A stretch of 64,000 nucleotides of DNA from contig NC_043003.1 of the NCBI RefSeq assembly GCF_006345805.1, forward strand, positions 14,942,001-15,006,000, given 5' to 3'. The position numbers and the translations under genes are program-made. Numbering within the stretch: the first letter of the stretch is position 1; each line of letters begins with the position of its first letter. The notes below the pieces were generated by a model that was not told the origin of the DNA, made no database searches, and saw only the letters and a list, made by a program, of their open reading frames with translations. The DNA comes from Octopus sinensis (Eukaryota). Positions 12,392-25,294 of the stretch are shown piece by piece.

Positions 12392-13280
12392 TTAAAAGAA
12401 AAAAAATATAACTACTGGTCGGGGGTGATTTGTTTCTTTGCTACTCAACCCTTCAAGACAGAGCCCCAGCATGGCTGCAATCCAATGACTGCAACAAGTA
12501 ACAGAGATAAAAGAAACAAGATATAGACAGGATGTTTTCACAGTCGGATGTATTTGGGAAATGTCACTGAAGCAAATAAGCTTCTTCCTACCGTTTTATT
12601 ACTTTATGTTTTTATTCTTAGACTCTTCTATTGATTCAATCAAGGTATAGAATTTATGTAGAAGACATAAATTCATATTTATTCACATTTCTTTAGTATC
12701 TTACAATCAGCCCTTGTTTCTCACCCTCTCTCCCTTTATGTTACCATGGCACTGAAGAATATTTCTTTATTTTAACTGGAACACTGACAATCTTACTAAC
12801 ACCTTAAACTGTGTTAATGTGTCTACAAGTTACAGCTTCCTTATTTATCCACTGAGAAGGGTTCTTTTATTTTATTTCATAGTTTTTTCAACCGGTTGAC
12901 CATACATAGCAGTTTATTTTGATTTCTTTCAAAGCTGTTATGCTTATAAAATGTCACAGATATCCAAGTAGTTTCTTCTGCCAGTTTACCAGCTGAAATT
13001 TCAATAGTTTTGTATCTATCTTATCTTATCATCAATAATGTGATATGTTTCCCTGGCAAACACTGACCTACTCTTACCTATTTCTAAACAAATCTGCAGT
13101 TCACATCAGTAAACACTGAGGCAACTAAACAAGTGACAATCATTTGTTAATTTTAACCCTTTAACATTTAAACTGTCTAAATATCCAGTCTAAATATTCT
13201 ACCTTTTTTATACTCAAACCAACCAAATTTGGTCGCTCACACCTACTCTACAATGTCATTCTAATAGCATACTTTTTTTT

Positions 13281-13490
13281 CTAGTTTCAGCTCAGAGCTG
13301 CGGCCATGCTGATGCACCGCCGTTTTGTGCTACACTGTTATTACAAAGAACCTCGTCTAATATGTGGCACTTGGTGAGGAATGGAGTTTGATACAGCTAC
13401 TCTCATTTGCACCTCTTGCCGTGAGGTAGGTTCATCTGGGACTCTTGACAGGAAGATGTCCAGCTTTGATTTAAAAACCGCTACATCTAC
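13281..13490 (-). mobile_element. Second 3' fragment of the same LINE
   Basis: Reverse complement aligns to ~19920-20134 (CCCAGATGAACC, CTCACGGCA..GAGGTGCA, terminal hairpin). Confidence 0.8.
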
Positions 13491-14118
13491 TTTGTGCAAG
13501 TTCCTCATATAATCAAATTATCAAAATTTTGATGCTACCAGATAATATATTATTAATTGAAAACAAGGATTTTTTCTGTTTTCACTGCCAATTTTTGAAA
13601 ATTCAAAGTTTATTGAAAATTTTTTAATTTGGTACATTAATGTAGCTTTCCAAGCTGAATCGTAGGAGATATTTGACTTATTCCAAAAAAAAAAATTTTA
13701 AAAGAAAGTTATGCAGATTTAAAGTTTGATCATTTTCACCCAGTCAGAAAACAAGATGTGGAAGCTGTCATTTTGTGCGTGACAGCACGTGTTCTCAACT
13801 GTAAACAAATGAAATACTGGTAGAATTCTGCTTTATGCATACCATATAAAAACTAATTTTTTTAGTTTTTGGAATTTTCAGAAAATTTTTGCGAATTTGT
13901 ATTCTCCACAAGGGAATTCATATGACTATGCAAAAACCAAAACAAAAAATTGGGTGGGAGTGTATGATTTAAGGCCTATTTAGCTGTTCTTTTCAGCACA
14001 TCTCACCACCACCTCAATGAATAGAATATGTCAACACATGCTTTCTCGCAGACAAAAGAGTTCTCATGCTTGGCTTGTTACTATGGAAACAGGCATGAAT
14101 GTGTCTGTGGCATACAAT

Positions 14119-14345
14119 TCTTTTATTCTTTTACTTGTTTCAGTCATTTGACTGTGGCCATGCTGGAGCACCACCTTAAATCGAGCACATCGACCCCAAG
14201 ACTTATTCTTTGTAAGCCGAGTACTTATTCTATCGGTCTCTTTTGCCGAACCACAAAGTTACGGGGATGTAAACACACCAGTATCAGTTGTCAAGCGATG
14301 TTGGGGGGGGGGGGCGAACAAACACAGACACACAAACATATACAT
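14119..14345 (-). mobile_element. SINE family 1, 3' half
   Basis: Reverse complement of the family 1 tail. Confidence 0.82.
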
Positions 14346-14707
14346 ACGCATACGTATACACAGGGAAGAGGAGAGGGAGGAGAAGTAAGATGACAATGAC
14401 GACAGCGACAATGACATCAGTGATGGCTTTCAAATTCATCTTCTACTAGGGTCAATGGCAAAGCCAAAAAGGAAACTACTTCTGTTTCATGTTTCATTGA
14501 ACACCTACAGAAAGACAGACTTGAGTAATAAGCCAATATGTTTGTTTGCGGTGGGGGCGGATATTGTTGTTTTATTTGTCATCTGTTTTTTTCACCCCCT
14601 AATTAGCTCAAATTCTTCATCAGATTTTAAAGTTCCAAAATGGACAACAACATTGAAGTGAATTACAATAAAGCTTGGATAGATTTCACTGAAATTTATC
14701 AAGAATT

Positions 14708-14966
14708 CTTTACTCTTTTACTCGTTTCAGTCATTTGACTGTGGCCATGCTGGAGCAACACCTTTAGTCAAATCAAATCGACCCCAGGACTAATTCTTTG
14801 TAAGCCTAGTACTTATTCTATCAGTCTGTTTTGCCGAACCGCTAAATTACGGGGATGTAAACACACCAGCATCGGTTGTCAAACAATGTTGGGGGGACAA
14901 ACACAGATACACAAACTCACACACACCACACACCACACCACACACACCTATATATATAATATATAT

Positions 14967-15000
<34 letters not shown>

Positions 15001-15164
15001 CAATGAGCTTTTTGCAGTTTCTGTCTACCAAATCCACTCACAAGGCTTCGGTCAACCCGAGGCTATAGTAGAAGACACTTGCCCAAAGTCCTCTGCAGTG
15101 GGACTGAACCCAGAACCATGTGATTCGTAAGCAAGCTACTTACCACACAGCCACTCCTATGCCT
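14708..15164 (-). mobile_element. SINE family 1, full length
   Basis: Reverse complement of 7067-7506. Confidence 0.88.
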
Positions 15165-15739
15165 AATCTCAATAAAATTTCGCCAGACCTCATAGAAATA
15201 TGAATCGAAACTTAACAAACATTACAGTAAACGCTAATAGAAATTTCCATATATCTTTTATGAAAGAGATTGCTTATAGATCTCAATCAACTTTAATAAA
15301 CGTTTGTTCAGATCACAACGATGTTTAAATAAATTATTCTGCAAACGTTCTAGAAATATAAATTTCACACTTAACTGCAACTCTCTATACTTCAGTTATG
15401 ATATTTTGTTGGAGTTTAATTACATATTAATGAAGTTAAGTTTCAATGAATATCACCGAGATGTTAAGTCTCATTGGGTTTAAATTAACTTTCTACAGGT
15501 TTCGCCACGAGTATCTTGGATTTCATAATTGTTTTTACACATCTCAAATTTGCCTTATTTGAATGCTATTAGCCTATCAACGAATTCCCATTAGGTTTGA
15601 AAGGTCATTCAAATCTTAATAAATTCTCATTAGATTTCTTGAAGGATTATTTAGAATAGAAAAAAAAGAAAAGAAAAATAGTAGCTAGGCTTTGATAGGA
15701 TCTATTTTTTGTCAATGCTAATGCTGGTATAATATATTC

Positions 15740-16070
15740 CAGTGAGTGAAGGGATGTGGCTAAGCGGTTAGGAGATTTGCCTCATGATCATTAGATCATG
15801 GGTTCAAATCCTGGTGGTGTGTTGTGTCCTCGAGCAAGACACTTTATTTGATGCTGCTCCAGTCCACTCAGCTGGCAAAAATGCGTTGTACCTGTATTTC
15901 TAAGAACCAGTCTTGTCACATTCTGTGTCATGCTGAAATCTCTCTGAGAACTATATCAGGGATATGTGTGTCTGTGGAGTGCTCAGCCACTTGCACCTTA
16001 ATTTCACGAGCAGGCTTTTCTGTTGGATCAGATCAACTAAAACCCACATTATCATAACCGATGGAGCACC
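15740..16070 (+). mobile_element. SINE family 4 (tRNA-like head)
   Basis: TGGCTAAGCGG A box, GGGTTCAAATCC B box, then GTTGTGTCCTCGAGCAAGACACTT; reverse partial at ~10670-10780. Confidence 0.7.
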
Positions 16071-16091
16071 TGTTAATATATTCTAGTACAG

Positions 16092-16757
16092 AGGCAGTGA
16101 GCTGGCAGAAACGTTTGCACGCCAGGTGAAATGCTTAGCAGTATTTCATCTGCCACTACATTCTGAGTTCAAATTCCGCAGAGGTCAAATTTGCCTTTCA
16201 TCCTTTTGGAGTCGATAAATTAAGTACCAGTTATGTACTGGGGATGATCTAATTGACTGGCACCGCCCTCCTCTAAAATATCAGGCGTTGTGCCTAGAGT
16301 AGAAAAGAATATTTTAAGGCAGTGAGCTGGCAGAATAGTTAGCATGCCAGATGAACTGCTTAGTGGTATTTCATCTGCCGCTATGTTCTGAGTTCAAATT
16401 CTGCTGAGGTTGGCTTTGCCTTTCATCATTTCGGGGACAATAAATTAAGTACCAGTTGCATATTGGCATCGATTTAATTGACTGGCCCCACTTCCCTAAA
16501 ATTTCGGGCATTGTGCCTAGAGTAGAGAAGAATATTTTAAGGCAGCAAGGTGGCAGAATCTTTTGCATGCTGGGCAAAATGCTTAGCAATATTTCGTCAG
16601 CCACTACATTCTGAGTTCAAATTCCACTGAGGTTGACTTTGCCTTTCATCCTATTAGGATCAATAAATTAAGTACCAGTTACGTACTGGGGTCGATCTAA
16701 TTGACTGGCCCCCTCCCCTAAAATTCCGGGCCTTGTACCTCGAGTAGAAAAGAATAT
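16092..16757 (+). repeat. Head-to-tail trimer of SINE family 2 (alternative tail), period ~225 bp
   Basis: Starts AGGCAG(T/C) at ~16092, ~16317 and ~16540; each unit ends GTAG(A/A)AAAGAATAT-like. Confidence 0.85.
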
Positions 16758-17081
16758 ATTCCAGTTCAAGTTACATAATCCTATGCAAATGGCTTCTTTC
16801 GTATATCTAATGTGATGGCATAAAAGATGCACGGGCATGTTAGATATGTCCCAAATTCAGTGACGCATATTCTATGAAGAAAATGTTTTTAGTGCATTCA
16901 GGCATGAAGTAGTTAAAGCAAATTTGCATTTTGATCTGGAGTGGGTTTTTTTGTGGCTTTAGGAAAGTTTGTTTCCCATTCACATAGTTCTGGGTTCAGT
17001 CCCACTGCATGACGCTTTGGGAAAGTGTCTTCTACTAGGTAAACCAGAGCCTTGTTAGTGAATTTGGTAGACAGAAACTGA

Positions 17082-17325
17082 AAGGCGGCAAGCTGGCAGA
17101 AACGTTAGCACGCCGGGCAAAATGCTTAGCAGTACTTCATCTGTCTTTACGTTCTGAGTTCAAATTCTGCCGAGGACGACTTAGCCTTTCATCCTTTCAG
17201 TGTCAATTAAATAAGTACCAGTTACGCACTTACGCACTGGTGTCGATGTAATCGACTTAATCCCTTTGTCTGTCCTTGTTTGTCCCCTCTATGTTTAGGG
17301 GCAATAAAGAAATAAGAAATAAGAA
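17082..17325 (+). mobile_element. SINE family 2, full length
   Basis: AAGGCGGCAAGCTGGCAGAAACGTTAGCAC ... GGCAATAAAGAAATA. Confidence 0.85.
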
Positions 17326-17399
17326 ACTGGAAGATGTCCATCATACATAGATACATACATACATACATACATGCGTACATACATACATACATACATAGA

Positions 17400-17433
<34 letters not shown>

Positions 17434-18047
17434 CTTACAGCATGACAGCAGTGTTATCATCCTCATTATTTTCATCATCATCATCATTGTTATTGTCATC
17501 GCCATCATCGCCGTCATCATCATCATCATCCTCTTCTTTATCATTATCATCATCATCAGTATTTAACATCCATTTGTCCCTGCTGGCATGGGTTGGATGG
17601 TTTGACACGATCTAGCAAGCCACAAGACAGCATTGAGCTCCAATGTCAGTTCTGGCATAGTTCCTAAGGCTGGATCCCCTTCCTGACACCAACCACTTTA
17701 TAAGGTTCCCTCCCATATATTTACATATGTAGACCTGCCATGAGATTTTACTTCAACTTTCCTATTGTCATAGATCTTATTATCCTGATGGTAAAACCTT
17801 GGCTGACATGGACAGATTTTCAGTAACCTACTACAGATGCTAGAATCCTTTGTGTCTTTTACATCTCTCTCATACATTTTCTTCTGTATGATGTTAAGAA
17901 TTCTGCTTTCTAAGACCTACTCTGTCACCTTTATGAACCATCCACTTCTTTCATATTCTTGAAGTTCTTGAGAAAACATGGTTCTCACACAATGCCATTC
18001 CTGTAAAGCCATCTCTGAAAATAGTTCGAGAGAAAAGTCTTTACTGT

Positions 18048-18460
18048 AGGCACAGGAGTGGCTGTGTGGTAAGTAGCTTGCTTACCAACCACATGGTTCC
18101 AGGTTCTGTCCCACTGTGTGGCACCTTGGACAAATGTCTTTTACTATAACTTCAAGCCGACCAAAGCCTTGTGAGTGGATTTGGTAGACGGAAACTGAAA
18201 GAAGCCTGTTGTATGTGTGTGTGTGTGTGTGTGCATGCTTATATATGTTTGTGTGTCTGTGTTTTGCCCCCCAACACCATCGTTCGACAACCGATGGTAG
18301 TGTACCTAGTTCCCATAACTTAGCAGCTTGGCAAAAGAGATCGATGGAATAAGTACTAGGCTTACAAAGAATAAGTCCTGGAGCTGATTTGTTTGACTAA
18401 AGGCGGTGCTCCAGCATGGTCGCAGTCAAATGATTGAAACAAATAATAGAGTAAAAGAGT
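18048..18460 (+). mobile_element. SINE family 1, full length
   Basis: Collinear with 7067-7506. Confidence 0.88.
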
Positions 18461-18699
18461 AATGAGTAATTATTATTTTCTTCTTCCTAATGATAAGTCT
18501 TTATTGCTTCACTTCAAATCAGCCCTAACTGAGGTGACACTTCATATTTCTGTAAATATCTTAAGTGTGAACCACAGATTCTATGACACATAGTTACTTG
18601 ACCAATTAACTAGGCTTGACCCACAAATCTCTGATACGTGGGTAATAGGTAAACTATATAGTTTTGATCCACAGATCAATGACACATTAATAGCTGGTC

Positions 18700-18900
18700 A
18701 AGCATGTGTATCGTTGGCGATCTTCTTTCTCCGTCTTCCCTTCCTTGGACCTTTCCTTTTTCTATGTTTCTGATGAAGAGCTCTGCTCAAAATGTTAAAT
18801 CCTCCTTCTTTCTTTCCTATCCTGAGCGTCCAATAACACTATACTTGTTCCACGTCCTCATGTTGTTGTGTTTTCTCTTTGTTCATGCTTGGATTAACTA
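18700..18900 (+). mobile_element. Penelope-like terminal repeat fragment with decayed hammerhead
   Basis: GTTT-CTGATGA-A-GAGctctgCTC-AAAAT-GTT-AAAT at 18766-18800; homologous reverse copy at ~35110-35320. Confidence 0.55.
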
Positions 18901-18914
18901 TATATATATATATA

Positions 18915-19300
18915 CTAGCAGTATCGCCCGGCGTTGCTCAGGTTTGTAAGGGAAATAACTATAAAGCATTTTTAGAGAGTTATAGCCAAAAAATAGCCAA
19001 AAAATGGAAAAAAATGATGTGTAAATTTTTTTTTTGAGAGTAATAAAAGGTTGAGTTGCGTCCCCTAGACATCTGTGGTTTGTTTTTTTTTATTCTCGAC
19101 CCCATGTTGAATTTATCGATTTTTTTCAGAACTGGGGGAACTTTTCAAAATTTTCGCTGCGTTAGTTTTGAATTATGACATTGGGCTATGGTGTGTCAAG
19201 TTTCATCAGAATCGGTTGAAAGCCGTGGTCAGGGTGAGGGTACGAGAAACAACACAAACAGAAACACGCACAGACAAACTGCCATTTATATAGAGAGAGA
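18915..19300 (-). mobile_element. Non-autonomous Helitron
   Basis: A|TC 5' end, subterminal hairpin CC(T)GAGCAACGCCGGG, CTAG|T 3' end; second copy at 56938. Confidence 0.8.
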
Positions 19301-19318
19301 TATATGTATATACATGTT

Positions 19319-19366
<48 letters not shown>

Positions 19367-19689
19367 TCTATATATGTGTATATATATATGTGTGCGTGTG
19401 TGTATGTGTGTGTGTATTTATATACATATATATATACATACATGCACACACACATAAATATGTATGTATGTATGTATGTATGTATATGTACCATGAACTT
19501 CTTTCTGTTTTCATTTGCCAATTCCTCTAACAAAGCTTTGGTTGGTAGAAAACCAAAGTAGAAAACATTCCCCAGCGTGACCTACCATGAGACTGAAATC
19601 AGATCCACCTGGTTGGGAAGCAAACTTCTTAACCACACAGCCATGCCTGCTTAATACAATAGGAAAAAAAAATAATGAAAGATAGATTG

Positions 19690-20152
19690 GAATTAGTTGC
19701 AAATCCAGTCATGTCTACAACATGTCTACAACATGGAAGGACTTGTCCCAAACTTTGGCATCGAGAGTTACACAAATGCCAGAACTGGACGCCACTGTAT
19801 GGTGCCAAGGACTCCAAATTTGCCATCAAGATGTAGGACAAGATACTGTGATAGCCTGGGCTTCCGAGGCCCACAGCTCTTCAATATCCTCCCGAAGAAC
19901 CTGAGAGACCTGCATGGGGTGGATGCAGATGTCTTTAAAATGGAACTGGATCTCTTCTTGTCAGGTATCCCAGATGAACCAACTTCACGGCAGGAGGTGC
20001 AGATGAGGGCAGCTGCATCGAACTCTCTCATGCACGAAATGGCAGTTGCTAAAAAGCATTCGTAAAGTAAAACCATGTAGCAACACCAAATGGCGGTGCC
20101 CCAGCATGGCCACAGCTCGTGAGCTGAAACTAGAATCAATCAATTAATCAAT
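19690..20152 (+). mobile_element. 3' end of a CR1/L2-group LINE with 3' UTR hairpin and short tandem tail
   Basis: ORF 19697-20065 (SLGFRGPQLFNILP...FKMELDLFLSGIPDEP) resembles CR1-group ORF2 C-termini; ends GGCGGTGCCCCAGCATGGCCACAGCTCGTGAGCTGAAACTAGA + (ATCA)n-like tail. Confidence 0.8.
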
Positions 20153-20320
20153 AGAATATATTGAAATATTTTCCATCAACCAAACAGTGAAAACAATAAA
20201 ACACAGCAAGTTAATTGAAGTAGTGTGTAGTATCCAGTTCTGTTTCTTTACACTCCAATTTTAAATCATGCAAAGATTAACAATCATATCTTTTAAAGAA
20301 GATTCAATAAAATTAGTATT

Positions 20321-20484
20321 AGGCTCAGAAGTGGCTGTGTGGGTAAGTAGCTTGATTACTAAGCACATGGTTCCGGGTTCATTCCCACTGTGTGGCACCT
20401 TGGGTGAGTGTCTTCTACTATAGCCTCGGGCTGACCAAAGCCTTGTGAGTGGATTTGGTAGATGGAAACTGAAAGAAGCCCGTC

Positions 20485-20518
<34 letters not shown>

Positions 20519-20766
20519 ATATTTATATAGATATATATATGTATGTATGTATGTGTGTGTGTGTTTATGTGTTTGTGTTTGTCCCCCCAACATCGCTTGA
20601 GAACCGATGATGGTGTGTTTACATCCCCGTAACTTAGTGGTTTGGCAAAAGAGACCGATAGAATAAGTACTAGGCATACAAAGAATAAGTCCTGGGGTCG
20701 ATTTGCTCGACTAAAGGCGGTGCTCCAGCATGGCCACAGTCAAAGGACTGAAACAAGCAAAAGAGA
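20321..20766 (+). mobile_element. SINE family 1, full length
   Basis: Collinear with 7067-7506. Confidence 0.88.
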
Positions 20767-21339
20767 CTAGTTGATGTTGCTGTTTAGTTCTTGGCCAAAA
20801 TTGATGACACAGACCTTTGATCAAAAGACATTCCATTATTTCCCCATCCTGTATTTTTCCAGCATGCAGATAACCTTGAAGTTCTCCTCTAAGAGAGCCG
20901 GATATGATTTGAGGGACATTTAGCTGTTATTTTCCCCACAGGTAAGAACAGCCACATAAATACTCCACCACTGTTATCTCAATATGATCCTGTAATATAA
21001 TGAGGCCAGTTCAATTGACAACATAACCATATTTTATTTTATCCTAAGAAAAAATTGGTCTTCAGTCGAAATAATAAAACATATTTAGCGTACGCATGTG
21101 TATGTAAGCGCACGTGTGTGTGTGTATGTGTGTGTGTGTGCACGTGTATGCGTGTGCTAAATAAAAGAAATCATTATTTTCTGTATTATTCAAGTGAATG
21201 GTTCTATTTTATAATAAGAAAAATGATCTTGAGGGTTGCTATAGACGACTAAAAGTACTATTGGAATCAACAGTTGTTAATAATACACTTAGCAAGATTA
21301 GAATAGGCTAAATAGAGAAACAAAAGCACTGAGGAAGAA

Positions 21340-22050
21340 AGAGAAGGAGAGAGGGAAAGAGAGTGAGAGAGCGAGAGAATGAGGGAGAGAGGGGGGCAGT
21401 TGATAAACAGTTAGAGAGAGAGAGAGAGAGGGAGAAATAGAGACAAAGAGATAGAGAAATAGAGAGGCTAACCAATCACAGAGATAATGAAGAGAAAAAT
21501 AAGTGAGAGAGAGAGACAGAGAAAAGAGAAAAAAAGAAAGAGAAAAAAAGAGGAGGAAGCTAGTGAGTAGAGTGATAGAGATATAGAGAGAAGGAAGGGG
21601 ACAGAGAGAAAGTTAGAGCGATGGAGAGAGAGAGAGAAAGAGAGGGAAACAGAGAGAGAGAGAGAGATGGAATGGAGAAAGACAGTGAGAGAAAGAGGGA
21701 GGGAAAGACAGTGAAAGAAAAATGGAGAGTGAGAGAGACAGAGAGAGAGAGAGAGTAGCTAATAAACAGAGTGATAGAGATAGACATAGAGAGAGTTAGA
21801 GAAAGAGAGAGAGAAAGAGACAGAGATGGAGTAAGACAAAGAGAGAGAGAGAAAGAGGGGGAAGGTGGCTGGTCGATAACAAAAATAATAATGTAAAGTA
21901 GAAGAGAGTGATGGTGAAATAGAGAGGAAGGAAGGAAGCAGAGAGACAGAAAGAAAGAAAGAGAGCACAAGAGGGGGAAAGAAAGAGAGCACAAGAGGGG
22001 GAAAGAAAGAGAGAGTGAAATAAAGAAAGAAAGAGAAAAAGAAGAAGATA
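21340..22050. repeat. GA-rich simple repeat
   Basis: (GA)n/(GAAA)n mosaics. Confidence 0.9.
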
Positions 22051-22114
22051 TAGCAATTAGAATATATACCAACAAAACAACAACAAAAAGTGTATTTATT
22101 TGGACAGTTAGTTA

Positions 22115-22760
22115 TGTTGTCTTCTTCTTCTTCTTCTCCTTCCTCCTCCTTCTCCTCCTTCCTCTTCTTCTTTTTCTTTTTCTTCCTCCTCCTCCTTCTT
22201 CTTCTTCTTCCTCCTCCTCCTTCTTCTTTCTTCTTCTTCTTCTCCTTCCTCCTCCTCCCCTCCTTCTTCTTTCTTCTTTCCTTCTTCTTCTTCTTCTCCT
22301 TCCTCCTCCTCCTCCTCCTTCTTCTTCTTCTTCCTCCTCCTCCTTCTTCTTCTTCTTCTTCTCTCCTTCCTCCTCCTCCTCCTCCTCCTCCTTCTTCTTT
22401 CTTCTTTCTTCTTCTTCTTCTTCTCCTTCCTCCTCCTCCTCCTCCTTCTTCTTCTTCTTTTCTCCTCCTTCCTTCTCCTTCTTCTTCCTTCTTCTCTTCT
22501 TCTTCTTCTTCTTCTTTCTTCTCCTTCTTTCTTCTTCTCCTCCTCCTTCTTCTACTTCATCTTCTCCTCCTCCTCCTCCTCCTTCTTCTTATTCTTCTTC
22601 TTCTTCTTCTTCTTCTTCTTCTTCTTCTCCTTCTTCTCCTCCTCCTCCTTCTTCTTCTTCATCTTCTCCTCCTCCTCCTCCTCCTCCTTCTTCTTCTTCT
22701 TCTTCTTCTTCTTCTTCTTCTCCTTCTTCTTCTTCTTCTTCTCCCTCTTCTCCTCCTTGC
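22115..22760. repeat. (CTT)n/(CCT)n pyrimidine tract
   Basis: ~650 bp of almost pure C/T. Confidence 0.95.
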
Positions 22761-22923
22761 CATATTTTGTATAAGATTTCTTTCTTCTCTTGGTATTAAA
22801 GGAGGCAGGGTTAGTGGATTAAAATAAATAGATCTCAGTCTCTCTAGATGTTGTTCTGTGTTGTCTTCTCTTAACACAAACGGATTTTCATTATTTCTTA
22901 CAGAAGTGTAGAAAGGCATAGCA

Positions 22924-22924
<1 letters not shown>

Positions 22925-22965
<41 letters not shown>

Positions 22966-24639
22966 ATACACACACACACACACATACGCACGTGCATGTA
23001 TGTATACATATATATATATGCATGCATACACATATGCATATATGCTGACACACACACATGTGTATGTGTGTATGAGATACATATGCACACATGCAGGCTC
23101 TCACTCACACACATACACATATATACTGACACACACACGCACATTTACACACATACAAACTCACAAACTCACATATACACGTACACACACACATACAAAC
23201 TCACACACAAACACACACACATTCATACAAACTCACACACACATACACATATATGCTGACACAAACACACACACTTACACACATACAAACTCACAAACAC
23301 ACACACATACACATGCACATAAATGCTGACACACACACTCACACACATACGTATAAACTCATAGACACACATATACACATACACACATACAAACTCACAC
23401 ACAAACACACACACATACACATATATGCTGTCACACACACACACATACAAACTCACAAACACTCATACACACACAAATACACATACACACATACATACGT
23501 ACAAACTCACACACAAACACACACACATACACACACATACACGTATATGCTGATACACATATACACATACACACATACACACATACAAACTCACATACAA
23601 ACACACACACATACACATATATGCTGACACACACTCACACACGCACATGTACACATACACACATACACAATACAGACTCACACACAAACGCACACGCATG
23701 CACACACATACATACACGAACATACACATATAATCACACATATACATTTATGCTGATGCACACACACATACATAAATAACTTACACACATACAGACTAAC
23801 ACACACACACACACACACACACATACACATATGTGCTGACACACACACACATATACATATATGCTGACACACAGATACACACATACACACATGCAGGCTC
23901 TCACACAAACTCACACATTTACACATATATGCTGACACACACACATATGTACACATTTACACACACACACACACACATGTACATTACTAATTCATATGTA
24001 CTTTCACACATTTTGTATTTTTAATATGTGTGCATGTGTGTGTATTTTTGTGTATTTGTGTGTGTATGTGTGTGTCTGCACGTGTGCATATGTTGTATAT
24101 AAGTGTTATGTACGTAGCTACATGTGTGTGGGGGCGGATGCCTGCATGTGTGTATGAGTGTGTGTGTTTGTGTGCATGTGTGTGCATGTGTGTGTATGTG
24201 TGTGTATGTGACTATCCACCTACATATAAATTTATGTACATACTTACATAGTTATATACACACACACATACACACAACTTTACTCAATTATTTATAACCA
24301 TACATACACATCTACATACATATCTACATACATGCATGTATGTGTTTGTTTGTTTGTGTGTGTCTGTCTGCGTGTGTATGTATGTGACTATCCACTTACA
24401 AATTTATGTACATATATACCCACATACATACACACACATATGCACACACACAACCGTATTCAATCATTTATAGCCCTACATACACATCTATATATATATA
24501 TCTACACACAAGCATGTATGTGTGTGTGTGTGTATGTTTGTCTGTGTCTGAGTGTGTGTATGCTTATGTGTGTATGTTCATGTTCGTATGTGTGTGTGTG
24601 TGTGTCTGCGTGTATCTGTGTGTGTTTATGCATGTGTGC
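22925..24639. repeat. CA-rich degenerate minisatellite switching to TG-rich before the gap
   Basis: ATGCTGACACAC-type motif recurs about ten times in 23040-23940. Confidence 0.85.
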
Positions 24640-24739
24640 NNNNNNNNNNNNNNNNNNNNNNNNNNNNNNNNNNNNNNNNNNNNNNNNNNNNNNNNNNNNN
24701 NNNNNNNNNNNNNNNNNNNNNNNNNNNNNNNNNNNNNNN
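24640..24739. other. Assembly gap (100 N)
   Basis: Run of N. Confidence 1.
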
Positions 24740-25294
24740 AACAAGGCTTTGGCCAGCCTAGGGTTATAGTAGAAAACACTTGCCCAAAGTGTCACATAGT
24801 GGGATTGAACCCAGAACCATGTGGTACAGTCATGCCTGCGCCTATATTTAGTTCAAAACTTTCAATTTTTTATTATTTTTCTTTCTCATAAAAGTGAAGC
24901 ATTTGGTGTATCCAGAATTATTAACAATAGAACCTTCATGACAAAAACTTGGCTTTTCACAAACTGAAATTCCATAACCTTTAAGAGTCACAACTGATAA
25001 TCTGATAAACACTTGTATTGTTTATTCTTTGTCTCTTGCCAAACTTCTTTGTCTTCATTTTCAAAAGTCTTCCTCTTAATATTCTTCGCTGCATCAATCT
25101 GTACGTTTTTGCAATGGGTTTACATTTTCTCTTTTAGATTCTTGGTTTTTCACTAGGTATAACTTATGAATTTTTCTTGCTCCTTTTTTTTATCCTTTAT
25201 TCTTTTTTTTTTATTTTTTTTGCAATTTTGGATTTCCATGGCACCAAGTATGCAATCTGATGATGTTTCTATTGAATTGTATAACCATCTCTCT

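Noticed and set aside
22090-22827. 245-aa Leu/Ser/Pro ORF
   Set aside because: Pure (CTT/CCT)n tract.
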